DNA from: Squalus acanthias | Lineage: Eukaryota | Assembly: GCA_030390025.1 (NCBI GenBank) | Contig: CM059432.1 | Coordinates: 37,078,001 to 37,142,000, forward strand | Reading direction: 5' to 3' | Length of the DNA stretch: 64,000 nt | Part shown: positions 1-13,321 of the stretch, piece after piece | Layout: every line of letters starts with the position of its first letter | Numbering within the stretch: the stretch's first letter is position 1 | Notes under the pieces: generated by a model | Databases searched by the model: none | What the model was told of the DNA's origin: nothing | What the model saw: only the letters and a program-made list of their open reading frames with translations | Translations under genes and position numbers: made by a program

Positions 1-657
1 GGCACTTGTCGCTGCCTCCTTACGAGCAGCAACCCAACTGTCCCATCCTACCCTCTCGCCGACCTTCCCACCCAGCGTGGCAAATCTTCCGAATCTCCTT
101 CCCATCCAACTCATCCACCGCCAGCGCTGACCCTGTGGACGCTGGAAGTGGGGCAGCCATCACCGACCCTCTCCGCATCTCCCTCCAGAATGTCCGTTCA
201 CTTGCGAACAAGGCCCTTGCCATCCATGAGCTTATCGTGGATGAGTGCATCGACATCATGGCCCTGACGGAAACTTGGTTGAGGGGTGATGAGCCCTCCC
301 CGCCTGGCTATATTTTCCACCACTTGCCCCGCTCAGACCGCCCTGGTGGTGGTGTGGCTCTCATCACCAAATCACACCATGGTGTGACCCCCTACTGCTC
401 CAGCACTTTCTCCTCCTTTTGAGCATCTCAGCTTATTCCACCCCTCTCACCTCCTTTTAAAATTCTCGTTCTCTGCCGCCCACCCAAGTACCATTAAAAA
501 ATTTGAATACTGAGGTATCTTCACTGCTTTCCTCCCTCGGCCTCTGCACCGAACGACTTCTCATCCTTGGTGATTTCAACCTCCATCTCAATTCATCATG
601 CTCTCTCTCCTCTGAGTTCACTAGCCTCCTATCCTCCCTTAATCTCTCCCTCCATGT
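1..657 (+). mobile_element. L2-clade LINE, ORF2 endonuclease (APE) fragment, decayed
   Basis: Contains LQNVRSLANK...MALTETWL...GGGVAL and ILGDFNLH (APE motifs), broken by frameshifts. Confidence 0.8.
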
Positions 658-3303
658 AAAGGGGGTTGAGGTGAGTTCCAGAATTTTGACCAGCGGCGAT
701 ATACTTCCAAGTCAGGATGTTATATGATTTGGAGGGGAACTTGCAGGTGGTGGTGTTCCCATGCGCCTGCTGCCCTTGTCCTTCTAGGTGGTAGAGGTCG
801 CGGGTTTGGGAGATGCTGCCGAAGAAGCCTTTGCAGATGGTGCACACTGCAGCCACGGGACGCTGGTGGTGGAGGGAATGAGTGGCATCCCATGCACCAC
901 CTTAAACAATCAAGCGGCTGCTTTGTCTTGGATGGTGTCGAGCTTCTTGAGTGTTGTTGGAGCTGCACTCATCCAGGCAAGTGGAGAGTATTCCATCACA
1001 CTCCTGACTTGTGCCTTGTAGATGGTGGAAAGGCTTTGGGGAGTCGGGCGGTGAGACACTCGCCACAGAATACCCAGCCTCTGACCTGCATCTTGTTGCC
1101 ACAGTATTTGTGGTTGGTCCAGTTAAGTTTCTGGTCAATGGTGACAGCCAGGATATTGCTGGTGGGGGATTCAGCAATGGTAATGTCGTTGAATGTTAAG
1201 GGCCGGTGGTTGGAGATAGTCATTGCCTGGCACTTGAGGTGCAAATGTTACCTTCCACTTATCAGCCCAAGCCTGAATGTTGTCCAGGTCTTGCTGCATG
1301 TGGGCATGGTCTGCTTCATGATCTGAGGAGTTGCGAATGGCACTGAACACTCTAGTCATCAGCAAACATCCCCACTTCTGACCTTATGATGGAGGGAAGG
1401 TCATTGATGGAAGCAGCTGAAGATGGTTGGGCTGAGGGCACTGCCCTGAGAAACTCCTGTGGCTGTGATGATTGACCTCCAGCCACCACAACTATCTTCC
1501 TTTGTGGTAGGTATGACTCCAGCCAGTGTCGAGTTTTATCCCCAATTCCCATTGACTTCAATTTTACTCTGGCTCCTTGATGCCACACTCGGTCAAATGC
1601 TGCTTCGATGTCAAGGGTAGTCACTCTCAGCTCACCTCTGGAATTCAGCTCTTTTGTCCATGTTTGGACCAAGGCTGTAATGAGGTCTGGAGCCGAGTGG
1701 TCCTGGCGGAACCCAAACTGGGCATCAGTGAGCAGGTTATTGGTGAGTAAGTGCTGTGCTGTTCGCACTGTCGACGAGACCGTCCATCACTTTGCTAATG
1801 ATTGAGAGTAGACTGATGGGGTGGTAATTGACCGGATTGGATTTGTCCTGCTTTTTGTGGACATGAAATACCTGGGCAGTTTTCCACATTGTTGAATAGA
1901 TGCCAGTGTTGTAGCTGTACTGGAACAGCTTGGCTAGAGGCGCGGCTAGTTGTGGAGTACAAGTCTTCAGCATGACAGCTGGGATGTTGTCAGGGCCCAC
2001 AGCCTTTGCTGTATCCCGTGTGCTCAGCTGTTTCTTGATATCACGTGGAGTTAATCCAATTGGCTGAAGACTGGCTTCTGTGGCGGTGGGAACCTCGGGA
2101 GGAGGCTGATATGGATCATCCACTTGGCACTTCTGGCTGAAGATGGTTGCAAACGCTTCAGCCTTGTCTTTTGCACTCACGTGCTGGGCTCCACCATCAT
2201 TGAGGATGGGGATATTCATGGAGCCTCCTCCTCCCATTAGTTTTAATGGTCCACCACCATTCACGACTGGATGTGGCAGGACTGCAGAGCTTTGATCTGA
2301 TCCGTTGATTGTGGGATCGCTTAGCTCTGTCTATAGCGTACTGCTTCTGCTTTTTAGCATGCATGTAGTCCTGTGTTGCTGCTTCCCTAGGTTGGCACTG
2401 CATTTTTAGGTACGCCTGGTGCTGCTCCTGGCATGCTCTTCTACACTCATTGAACCAGGGTTGGTCCCATCGCTTGATGGTAAAGGTAGAGTGAGGGATA
2501 TGCTGGGCCAAGAGGTTACAGATTGTGGTGGAATACAGTTCTGCTGCTGCTGATGGCCCACAGCACCTCATGGATGCCCTGTTTTGAGCTGCTAGATCTG
2601 TTCTGAATCTATCCCATTTAGCACGGTCAGAGTGCCATTCAAAACAATGCAGGATGTCCTCAGTGTGAAGACGGGATTTCGTCTCCACAATGTGCGCTGG
2701 TCACTGCTACCAATACTGTCATGGACAGATGCATCTGCGACAGGTAGATTGGTGAGGACGAGGTCAAGTACGTTTTTCCTTCGTGTTGGTCTCGCCACCT
2801 GACGCAGGCCCAGACTGGCAGCTCTGTCCTTCAGGTCTTGGCCAGCTCGGTCAGTAGTGTTGCAACTGAGCCACTCCTGGTGATGGACATTGAAGTCCCC
2901 CACCCAAAGTACATTCTGTAATCTTTGCTACTCTCCGTGCTTCTTCCAGGTGGAGTACTGATACATCAGGTGAGGGAGGGTGGTAGGTGGTAATCAGCAG
3001 GAGGTATCCTTGCCCATACTTGACCTGAAGCCATGAGACTTCATGGGGTCCAGAGTCAATGTTGAGGACTCCCAGGGCCACTCCTTGTCGACTGTAAACC
3101 ACTGCCGCCACCCCTGGTGGGTCTGTCCTGCCGGTGTGACAGGACATACCCAGGCATGGTAGTGGAAGAGTTTGGAACATTGAAAGATATGATTCTGAGA
3201 GTATGACTGTCAGGCTTTTGCTTGACTAGCCTGTGGGGCAGCTCTCCCAATTTTGGCAGACGTCCCCAGATGTTGGTGAAGAGGACTTTGCAGGGTCGAC
3301 TGG
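658..3303 (-). mobile_element. CR1-group LINE (distinct from vertebrate CR1), APE + RT, frameshifted, lying inside the L2
   Basis: Contains GDFNVHHQEWL, LDLVLTN, KAVGPDNIP, QFGFR, LDIEAAFDRVWH and MFADD across several ORF fragments. Confidence 0.85.
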
Positions 3304-4339
3304 CTTTTCCCGTTCCCGCATCGTTACCTCTGGTGTCCCCCAAGGATCTATCCTTGGCCCCCTCCTATTTCTCATCTACATGTTGCCGCTTGGCAGCATC
3401 ATCTGAAAACACAGCCTCAGTTTCCACATGTACGCTGATGACACCCAGCTCTACCTCATTTCACTTCTCTCGACCCCTCCACGGTCTCTAAATTGTCACA
3501 CTGCTTGTTCGACATCCAGTTCTGGATGAGCAGAAATTTTCTCCAGTTAAATATTGGGAAGACCGAAGCCATTGTTTTCGCTACCTGCCACAAACTCCGT
3601 TCCCTTGCCACTGACACTATCCCTCTCCCGAACATCTATCTGAGGCTGAACCACATTGTTCGCAACCTTGGTGTCATATTTGTCCACGAAATGAGCTTCT
3701 GACCACATATCCACAGCATAACTAAGGACGCCTGTTTCCACCTGCGTAACGTCGCCCGTCTCCGCCCCTGCCTCAGCTCATTCGCTGCTGAAACCCTCAT
3801 CCATGCCTTTGTTACCTCCAGACTTGATTATTCCAACGCACTCCTGGCTGGCCTCCCACATTCTATCCTACGTACACTTGAGGTGATCCAAAACTCGGCT
3901 GCCCGTGTCTAACTCGCACCAAGTCCCGTTTGCCCATCACCCCTGTGCTCACTGACCTACATTGACTCCCAGTTAATCAACGCCTCGATTTTCAAATTCT
4001 CATTCTTGTTTTCAAATCCCTCCATGGCCTTGCTCGTCCCTATCTGTGTAATCTCCTCCAGCCTCTCAACCCCTCCAAGATATCTACGCTCCTCTAATTC
4101 TGTCCAACAGTTGGTGGCCGTGCCTTCAGCTGCCAATGCTCTCAGCTCTGGAATTCCCTCCCTAAACCTCTCCGTGTCTCTACCTCTCTTTCCTCCTTTA
4201 AGACGCTCCTTAAAACCTATCTCCTTCACCTGCCCTAATTTCTTATGTGGCTCGGTGGCATTTTTTCTCTTAATACTCCTGTGAAGTGCCTTGTGATGTT
4301 TTACTATGCTAAAGGCATAGTAAATGCAAGTTATTGTTT
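3304..4339 (+). mobile_element. L2 LINE RT C-terminus and 3' tail
   Basis: Contains GVPQGSILGP, YADDTQLY, LQLNIGKTE and RLDYSN. Ends in the L2-type tail ...actatgctaaaggcatagtaaatgcaagttattgtt. Confidence 0.85.
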
Positions 4340-7300
4340 GCATCCTGCTCCCAACTTTCATTCCCACCTAGCTTTGTATCATCAGTAAACTTGGATATAT
4401 TACATTTGGGCCCCTCATCCACATTGATCACATTGATGTCGATTATGAATAGCTGAGGCCCAAGCACTGATCCTTGCGGTACCCCACTAGTTACAGCCTG
4501 CCAACCCGAAAATGACCCGTTTATTCCTACTCTCTTTTTCTGTCCGTTAATCAATCCATGCTAGTATATTGCCCCCAATCCCATGAGCCCTAATTTTGTT
4601 TAATAACCTCTTGTGTGGCATCTTATCGAATGCCTTCTGAAAATCCAAATACACCACATCCACTGGTTCCCCCTTATCTATTCTGCTAGTTGCAACCTCA
4701 AAAAACTCTCAATCGTCAACACAATTTCCCTTTTATAAATCCATGTTGACTCTACCCAATCCTATTATTTTCCAAGTGCCCTGTTACCATGTCCTTAATA
4801 ATAGATTCTAGCATTTTCTACTGATGTCCGGCTAATTGGTCTGTAGTTCTCCGTTTTCTCTTTCCCTCTGTTAAATAGTGGGGTTACGTTGGCCACCTTC
4901 CAATCCGCGGGAACTGTTTCAGAATCAATGGAATTTTGGAAGATGACAACCAATGCATCCACTATCTGTATAGCCTCCTCTTTTAAAACCCTAGGATGTA
5001 GGCTATTCGGTCCTGGGGATTTATCTGCTTTCAGTCCCATTCATTTCTCTAGTACTATTTTTTTTACTAATTAATTTCTTTCAATCTTGACCCTTGGTTC
5101 GCCACTATTTCTTGGAGGTTTTTTTGCTGCATCTTCCGTGAAGACAGACACACAGTATTTGTTTAATTTTTCTGCCATTTCCCCATTCCCCATTATAATT
5201 TCTCCTGTCTCAGCCTGTAAGGGACCCACATTTACTTTCGCTAATCTTTTCCTTTTTACATACATATAGAAGCTTTTACAGTCTGTTTTTATGTCTCTTG
5301 CTAATTTACTCTCATTCTATTTTTCCTTTATCAAAATCTTGGTCCTCCTTTGCTGAATTCTAAAATCCTCCAATCCTCAGGCTTACTGCTCTTTTTGGCA
5401 ACATTATAAGCCTTTTCCATTGATCTAATACTATCTTTAACTTCTCTTGTTAGCCATGGTTGGACCACTTTTCCTGTGGGGTTTTTGTGCCTTAAAGGAA
5501 TGTATATTTGTTGTAAATTATGTATGAGTTCTTTAAATGCTAGCCATTGCTTGTCTACTGTCATACCTTTTAATGTAGTTTCCCAATCTACCTTAGCCAA
5601 CTCACCCCTCATACTTGCATAGTTTGCTTTGTTTAGATTTAAGACCCTAGTTTCAGATTTAACTAACTCACTTTCAAACTTTATATAGAATTCTATCATT
5701 ATTATAGTCACTCTTCCTAAGGGCCCCTTTACGACAAGATTATTAATTAGCCCTTTCTCATTGCACAATACTAGATCTAAAATAGCCTGGTCCCTAGTTG
5801 GTTCCTCAACATACTGATCTAGAAAACTATCTTGTATACATTCCATGAATTCGTCCTCCACGCTATAAATGCAAATTTGGTTTGCTCAGTCTATATGTAG
5901 GTTAAAATCCCACATGATTACTGTATTTCCCTTGTTATATGCGCCTCTAATTTCCTGATTCATACTCTGCCCTACATTACAACTACTGTTTGGGGGCCTA
6001 TAAACAACCCCCACCATTGTTTTCTGTCCCTTGCTGATCCTTAGCTCCACTCAAACTGATTCGACTTTATCTTCGGAGCTAAAATCCTTACTCTCATGTC
6101 TTTATCCCATCCTTTATTCTCCGGGCTACCCCTCCTTTTCCAATTTGCCTATCTCTTCTAAAAGTTAAGTATCCTGGAATATTTAGTTCCCAACTTTGCA
6201 ACCACGTCTCCGCAATGGCTATTAGATCAAACCTATTAATTTCTACCGCCTGCTGTTAATTGATGCGCTTTGTTGCGAATGCTTCGCGCATTTCGATATA
6301 GTGCCTTTAGCTGTGACTTTTTTCTATTTTTTCCCTGATGTCACCTTAGTTACTGATGCCCTATTACCTTTGTTACTCTCTCTGTCCCTTCTTGACCCAC
6401 TGTGCTTTTTACCCAAAACTCTGCTCTGCTCTAGAGCCTTGACATTTCTCTTGCTGTTTTTAAATTTACCCTTTCCTGAATTCTCCCACCCTCCTTCATT
6501 AGTTTAAAGCCCTGTCTACTGCCCTAGTTATTCGTTTCGCCAGGACACTGGTTCCAGCTGGTTTAAGTGGAGCCCGCCCCAACAGAACAGCTCCCTCTTT
6601 CCCCAGTACTGGTGCAAGTGCCCCATGAACTGAAACCCTTGCCTCCCACACCACTCTTTGAGCCACGCGTTTAACCTGCTAATCTGCTTATCCTTCTGCC
6701 AATTGGCGCGTGGCTCAGGTAACAATCCAGAGATTATTATCTTTGAGGTTTCTGCTTTTTAATTTGGACCCCAACTCCTCAAACTCTCTCAGCAGAACCG
6801 TATTCCTAGTTGTACCGATGTCATCGGTTCCTACGTGGACCACGACAACTGGATCCTCCCCATCCCACTCCAAGTTCTTCTTCAGCCGTGAGGAGATGTC
6901 TTTAACCCTGGCACCGGGCAGCAACACAACTTTAGGAACTCCCAGTCGCGGATGTAGAGAACCAAATCTATCCCTCAGATTATACTGTCCCCTACCACAA
7001 GTACGTTCCCTTTCACTTCCCCCACTTGAATGGCCTCCTGCGCCATGGTCAGCTTGCTCATCCATCCTGCAGGCTTTTCCCTCATCCACACAGGCAGCAA
7101 GAACCTCATACCTGTTGGATAAGGACAAATGCCAAGGCTCCTCCATCACTTCACCTGGGGTCCCCTTTCCTGCCTGAGTTGCAGTCACACCCTCCTGTCC
7201 CTGACCACTAACCAAACCTGTACCACTACCTAACCTAACTGCCTCCTGGATCAAAGTGTCCAGGTAACTCTTGCCCTCCCTGATGCCCTGCAATGTCTGC

Positions 7301-7480
7301 ACTTCAGACTCCAGCTCAACAACTCTGAGCTGAAGTTCCTCAGGATGCAGGCACTTATTGCAAACGTGGTTGTCCGGGATCACAGTGCTCTCCACAAACT
7401 CGCACATGTTGCAGTTGAGGCACACCACCTGCACTGCCATCCCGATATGACTTTGTTCCATTTAATTAAATTTGTATTTA
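4340..7480 (-). mobile_element. Vertebrate-type CR1 LINE: ORF1 (CxxC...CxxC zinc finger, coiled coil, SGNH esterase) and ORF2, truncated after FTDD
   Basis: ORF1 has CLNC..CNKC..LRVVELESEV, VVVHVGTDD and GLHLN. ORF2 has ILDLVLCNE, KSPGP..LHPRVLKE, GVPQGSVLGP and KFTDDTKLGG. Confidence 0.9.
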
Positions 7481-7689
7481 AATAACTTGGTTTAGTTTCT
7501 TGACTACTTAATTGATCTAGATTAAGTTATGGGTACTGAAATTAAATATCTATCTGCAACACACAGCACTACAGTAGTGTAGGCAAAAAGCAGCAACTCC
7601 TTCTCCTTCTCCGAATTCCCACTCTTCTGAAATTCCCGAAGTGCACTCTGTTTAATTCCGCTTTGTGCTCTGGTTAACAGAAAACTATC

Positions 7690-8430
7690 AATCTTCAATT
7701 TAAAATTAACAATTGATCTAGCATCAGTTGCCGTTTGCGGAAGAGAGTTCTAAACTTCTACCACCCATTGTGCGTAGAAGTGTTTCCTAATTTCACTCCT
7801 GAAAGGTCTGGCTCTAATTTTTAGGCTATGCCCCTTAGTCCTGGAATCCCCAACCAGTGGAAATAGTTTCTCTCTATCTACCCTATCTGTTTGGAGTTTA
7901 GACAAATGAGAGATGATCTTATTGAAACACAAGATTCTGAGGGGGTTGGACAGGGTAGATGCTGAGAGGATGTTTCCCTTCGTCAGGGAATCTAGAACGA
8001 GGGGGCATAGTCTCAGAATAAGGGGTCGCCCATTTAAGATGGAGATGAGGAGGAATTTCTTGGGGTCGTGAATCTTTGGAATTCTTTACCCCAGAGAGCT
8101 GTGGAAGCTGAGTCATTCAGTATATTCAAGGCTGAGATAGACAGATTTTTGAGCAACAGGGGAGTCCAGGGTTATGGGGAGCAGGCAGAAAAGTGTGAGT
8201 TGAGGCCAAAATCGGATCAGCCACGATCTCATTAAATGGCGGAGCAGGCTCGAGGGGCCGAATGGCCTGCTCCTGCTCCTATTTCTTATGTTCCCCTTAA
8301 TATCCTGAAAACTTCGATCAGATCACCCCTTAACCGTCTAAATTCTATGGAATACAACCCTAATTTGTGTAATCTCTCCTCGTAACTTAACCTTTGAAGT
8401 TCGGGTATCATTCTGTAACTTTAATGCTGC
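7690..8430. mobile_element. Nested CR1 3' ends: a + strand copy (~7891-8292) inserted in a - strand copy
   Basis: The + piece ends in the CR1 tail ...gccgaatggcctgctcctgctcctatttcttatgtt. The host sequence accctatctgtt|ccccttaatatc is split around it. Confidence 0.8.
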
Positions 8431-8672
8431 AGCATGAGCCATGTAGGAGCAGCAATAATATACTGTAAATGTGTGATGTGTAAATGTACTCTGTAGATTT
8501 ATTTGAACATTGCACTGTTGAGCAGCTCTTGCATAATGTATCATTAGCGGAGGTGTTATTTTCTTGCCCCCAACTGAAAATGTAAGCTTTTTCTGAACTG
8601 CCTTGGCCGTTTTGTCCATGGTTTTTCGTGACACATTTGCAAAGCATTCTAATGTTGTGTTGACCTGTCCAG

Positions 8673-8804
8673 GTGCATGCCAAGTGGATCCTGGACACCG
8701 ACGTGTTCAATGAGTGGATGAACGAAGAGGACTATGAAGTTGATGAAAACAGAAAACCTGTTAGCTACCGACAGCACATTCCTATCAGGACGGTAGCTGA
8801 AGAG
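8673..8804 (+). CDS. SMARCC1: SMARCC1 coding exon: [44 protein letters not shown]
   Basis: ctgtccag|GTG...GAAGAG|gtagag; 132 nt, phase 0-0; contains the conserved [12 protein letters not shown] motif. Confidence 0.93.
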
Positions 8805-9054
8805 GTAGAGCATGATATCTGACTGTTCTGGTGTATTGCTGGAACTGTGCTTCAATCTGTTAACATATATAATGATAGGAAATGAAGGGCAGGTAGAACA
8901 GAAAGCTTTACATTTTCTGAGATTGGTCTCCTGTATCTGAATCCATCATTCTTCACCTGAGATAACAGAGTAGGGACTTTTATACTCAGCTCATCACTAA
9001 TGTGGCTTTTAGCTGTTTCAGCTTGGCTTAATTTGTCTTGCCAATGTAATGGAT

Positions 9055-9412
9055 ACATGGTAGCGTAGTGGTTGTGTGACTGGACTTGTAATCCAGTGAA
9101 CGTGAGTTCATATACCACCATGGCAGTTTGAGAATTTGAATTTACTTTATACATGAAGTAAATTCAAATTCTTTATGCATAAAAATCCAACTGGTTCACT
9201 AATGTCCTTAGGGAAGGAAACCTGCCGTCCTTACCTGGTGTGGTCAATGTGTGACTCCAGTCACATCAGTGGTTGACTGTTAACTGCCCTCTTAAATGGC
9301 ATAGCAAGCCACTCAGTTGTATCACTACCTTCACATGCAACTAGGGATGGGCAACAAATGCTGGCCTTCCCAGCGATGTCCACATCCCAGGAATTAATTG
9401 ATTAAAAAAAAA
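9055..9412 (+). mobile_element. tRNA-derived SINE with a CR1-group 3' tail
   Basis: A-box-like tggtagcgtagtgg and B-box-like gagttcatatacc, body ctggttcactaatgtccttagggaaggaaacctgcc, tail gggcaacaaatgctggcc...cacatccc and an A-tract. Related - strand copies lie at ~21660-22075, ~54590-54950 and ~58200-58387. Confidence 0.7.
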
Positions 9413-10504
9413 ATTGGAGTGCTATATTAGTGGTAGTTCTGTGCTTTAGTCCCATGTCCACTCACAACTTGATTGAGACTCTGAAATTCATTTTGCAGAC
9501 CAAGGAGACTTTCATCTCACCAGTTTAGGCTGGATTTGAACCCAGATCTCTGGTGTAAGACTAATATCTAACACTGTGCAATTCGGTCCCGGTTTCATTC
9601 TTTGTCGATCTTTTGGAAGATGATTTATATTTTGATTCTCCATTTTATTTTTCCATTGAGATTTGATGATATCTTCAATATTTGTTTCGGTGGAACTTTA
9701 CTCCTCTCCCCAACTACCACTTCTGTCCTGTTCTTCAGAGTTTCCTGTATATTTTATCTGATTACACTTCTGTGACCTGTCTTGGGACATGTTTGTACAT
9801 TAAAAGCACTATATAAATGCAAGTTGGTTTTTTTCAACTCTTGCATAGTGTGACTGATGGAAACTCATGCAGAGACTCCATCTGACCTTGGAAAACAGCT
9901 GTACCAAACTCCTTCCTCCAAGCCCCCTCCCCCACCCTGCCACCACCAAGCACTGATTTCTCATTCAGAAAACTGCTCTGGGTGATATTGTATTTCTGTT
10001 GGTTATTTTGTTCTTGAAAACAAATAAAATCTAAGCATCTTGCAGTATTAGTGTGACAATGAAAGTGAATCACCTTAGTCATAACCCTGGAAAGTGGAAT
10101 GGGGAAAGATGAACATTTTCCTATTGTAGTTCTGGTTTAGTGTTACTTTAGAGTTTTGCAGAAATTGCTTTTCCCCCCCTTCTGTCATAAAGGCAGGCTT
10201 CATGCTGGTGGTGGGTGCTGGGTTTCCGTGGGTGTCGGTAGCCTTCCAATGCTTCATCCCAGAAGCTGGTCTGTGGCAAGTATGGGTTTTGGCTTTTATG
10301 TCCCAAATGGATTAATTGCCTGATGACACCAGTGCACTTTGCACTATGGGTCGCATAACCATTAGGAACAAGAACCCTGGCTGTTTACTTTCCTCTCCCC
10401 TTCTTGAGCCCATGGGGATTAAGACCAATTGTAGTGCCTCAACTGCTGCCCAAGTTGGGAAGGGCGATTTACCACACATTGGGAATTGAACCCAGCCCTC
10501 ATTA

Positions 10505-11437
10505 CATGCCTTTTGTCACCTGAAGACTTGACAATGTCCATGCTCTCCTGGCTGGGTTCCCACTCTCCACCCTTCTTAAACAACAGCTCATCCAAAACTC
10601 TGCTGCCTGTATCCTATCTTGCATGAAATCCTGCTCACCCAGTACCTGAATGGTCACTGACCTACATTGGCTTCCAGTCCTCCAATGCCTCAAATTTAAA
10701 ATTTCTTCATGGTTCAATACCTTCATGGCTAAATAAAAGGGGCAGCACGGTGGCATAGTGGTTAGCACTGTTGCCTCACAGCGCCAGGGACCCGGGTTTG
10801 AATCCGGCCTCGGATGACTGTCTGTGTGGAATTTGCACATTCTCCCCGTGTCTGCGTGGGTTTCCTCCGGGTGCTCCGGTTTCCTCCCACAGTCCAAAGA
10901 TGTGTGGGTTAGGTTGATTTGGCTATGATAAAAAATTGACCCTTAGTGTTAGGGGATTAAATACGTGGGGTTATGGGGATAGGGTGGGATATGTGTCGGT
11001 GCAGGCTCGATGGGCCGAAATGGCCTCTATCTGCACTGTGGGGATTCTGTGAAATCCGTGAAATCCATTCATGGCCGTGTCCCTCTCTATCTCTGTAACC
11101 TTCTCCAGCTCTACGCCCTGGGAACTTTGCGTTCTTCCAATTCTGGCCTCTTGTGCATCCCCCCCACTCCCTTCACCCCACCACTGAACAGCTGTGCATT
11201 CAGTGCCGAGGCCCTAGACTTTGTAATTGCTTCCTAAAACCACCCTTCTCTCCACCTCTCTCTACTCCTTTAACACCCTCCTTAAAACTCAGCTCTTTGG
11301 CCTAGCTTTTGCTCACCCCTCCTAATATCTCCTCCTTTGTCTTGGCATTGACTTTTTTTTGTCTGATTGCACTTCCATGAGGTGTCTCGGAACATTTTTC
11401 TATGTTAAAGGAGTTGTATAAATGCAAGTTGTTGTAG
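10505..11437 (+). mobile_element. L2 3' fragment interrupted by a V-SINE
   Basis: Similar to 3800-4339 and ends ttaaaggagttgtataaatgcaagttgttg. Confidence 0.75.
10740..11051 (+). mobile_element. HE1-type V-SINE (elasmobranch)
   Basis: tRNA-like head (gtggcatagtggttagc; gggtttgaatcc), V domain tgcgtgggtttcctccgggtgctccggtttcctcccaca, and CR1-like tail gatgggccgaaatggcct...gattctgtga. Confidence 0.88.
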
Positions 11438-12724
11438 TCGTGACAAATTTGGAACAGTTTTGCCTAACTGGAAGAACATAAGCATGGAGAGGAGGCTGTT
11501 AGCACATCATGCTTGCTCAGTCAACCCTCTGAATATCTCCTCCTTTGCCTTGGTGTCCATTTTTGTCTCTGCTTAATGAGGTGCCTTGGAATATTTTACT
11601 ACATTGACTTACATAGAGTCAACACACAGAAACAGGCCATTAGGCATTAATGCTCTACACGAGTCTCCTCCCACCCCCCCTCATCTAAGTCTATCAGCAT
11701 ATCATTTTATTCCTTTTTCCCTCGTGCTTATCTAGCTTCCTCTTAAATACATCTATGCTATTCACCTCAACTACGCCTTGTGGAAGCGAGTTGCACATTC
11801 TAACCACTCTTAGAGTAAAGACGTATCTCCTGAATTCCCTTTTGGATTTATTCGTGACTAACTTATATTTATGACCTTTTGTTTTGGACTCATTCACAAG
11901 TGGAACACTTTCTCTACGTCTACCCTATCAAACTATATCTCATTATGTAAAGACCTCTCGGGTCATCCCTCAGCCTTCTCTTTTCTAGAGAAAAGAGCCC
12001 CAGCCTGTTCAGTCTTTCTTGATAGTTGTATCCTCTGTGTTCTGGTCTAATCATTTTGAATCTTTTTTGCACGTTTTCGAATGCCCTGATATCCTTTTTA
12101 TAACAGAGACCGGAACTGTGCACAAGTGTGGTCTAACCAAGGTCCGATATAAGTTTTTAACATAACTTCACTGCTTTTTAATCCCTTGAGAAATGAACCC
12201 CAGTTCTTGTTTCTTTATGACCTTATTAACCTGTGTCCCTACTTTTAGTAATTTGTGTATCTGTACCCCTAGATTCCTCTGCTCCTCTACCCCATTTAGA
12301 CTTATGATCCAAGCAGTATGTGGCCTCTTTATTCTTAGTACCAAAATGTACCACCTCACACTTAGCTATTGAAATTAATTGGCCAATGACATGGCTGTTC
12401 TGTAAGTTTATTCATGTCCCCATGTATTTTGTCACATTCTTCCTTTGTGTGAACTACACCCCCCCCCCCCCCCCCAATTTTGTGTTGCGCAAATTTGAAG
12501 TTGTACTTCTGATTCTTGAGTCCAAATCGTTCATGTAAATTGTGAACAACAGTGGTCTCCGCACCAGTATCTGTTGAACACCACTTCCCACCTTTTTCCA
12601 GCTTGAGTGGCTACTCTGAACCTCTACTCTCTGTTTTCTGTTAAGTAGTCAGCTTGCTATCCATTCTGCTGCCTGTCCCCTGACACTCTTTCGCTCTGAC
12701 CGTAGCCATGAATCTACTATGCAG

Positions 12725-12830
12725 CAACGTTCCCTCTAAGCTGTGCGGCCGTGCAATCAATGTTAAATTTTGCATGTGTATGAAAATGTTAATGGGCCGC
12801 ACACCCAAAGAAAAATTAGGGGGAACACTG
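12725..12830. mobile_element. hAT-type MITE, 106 bp
   Basis: Terminal inverted repeats caacgttccctctaa / ttagggggaacactg and an 8-bp target duplication ctatgcag / ctatgcgg. Confidence 0.8.
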
Positions 12831-13321
12831 CTATGCGGTACCTCATCAAAGACCTTTTGAAAATCCAAATATATCTACTATACCCTTGTCAACTCTTTGA
12901 TTCCTTGAAGTAATTCAGTCAGGTTGGTCAAGCATGACAGTCCCTTTTGCAAACCGTGCTGACTACTCTTGCGTTTTTAGTTTCTAGATGTTTTTCAATT
13001 GCGTCTTTGAGCAAAGTTTCTATTATCTTTCTTGCCTCCAATGTTAAGCTAACTGGCCTATAGTGACCTGGACTTGTTCCATCTCCCTTTTTTAAATATT
13101 GGAATCACATTAACTGTCCACTATTCCCTTTTCCAATGAATTTTGAATATATGTTACGGTGCCTCTGCTATCTCTTCCCTAATTTCTATTGATATGCAGA
13201 CATCTGGGACAGGAGTTTTATCCTCTCCAAGGTTGATTTGTTTATCAATTATCTCCCTCTTCCCCCTTTCTATCTTAAATGTCACTATCTTTTTTGATCT
13301 GTTCTAATCATGTCCACGATG

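Noticed and set aside
10740..10815. tRNA gene
   Set aside because: The A/B boxes belong to the V-SINE head and run straight into the V domain, with no complete cloverleaf.
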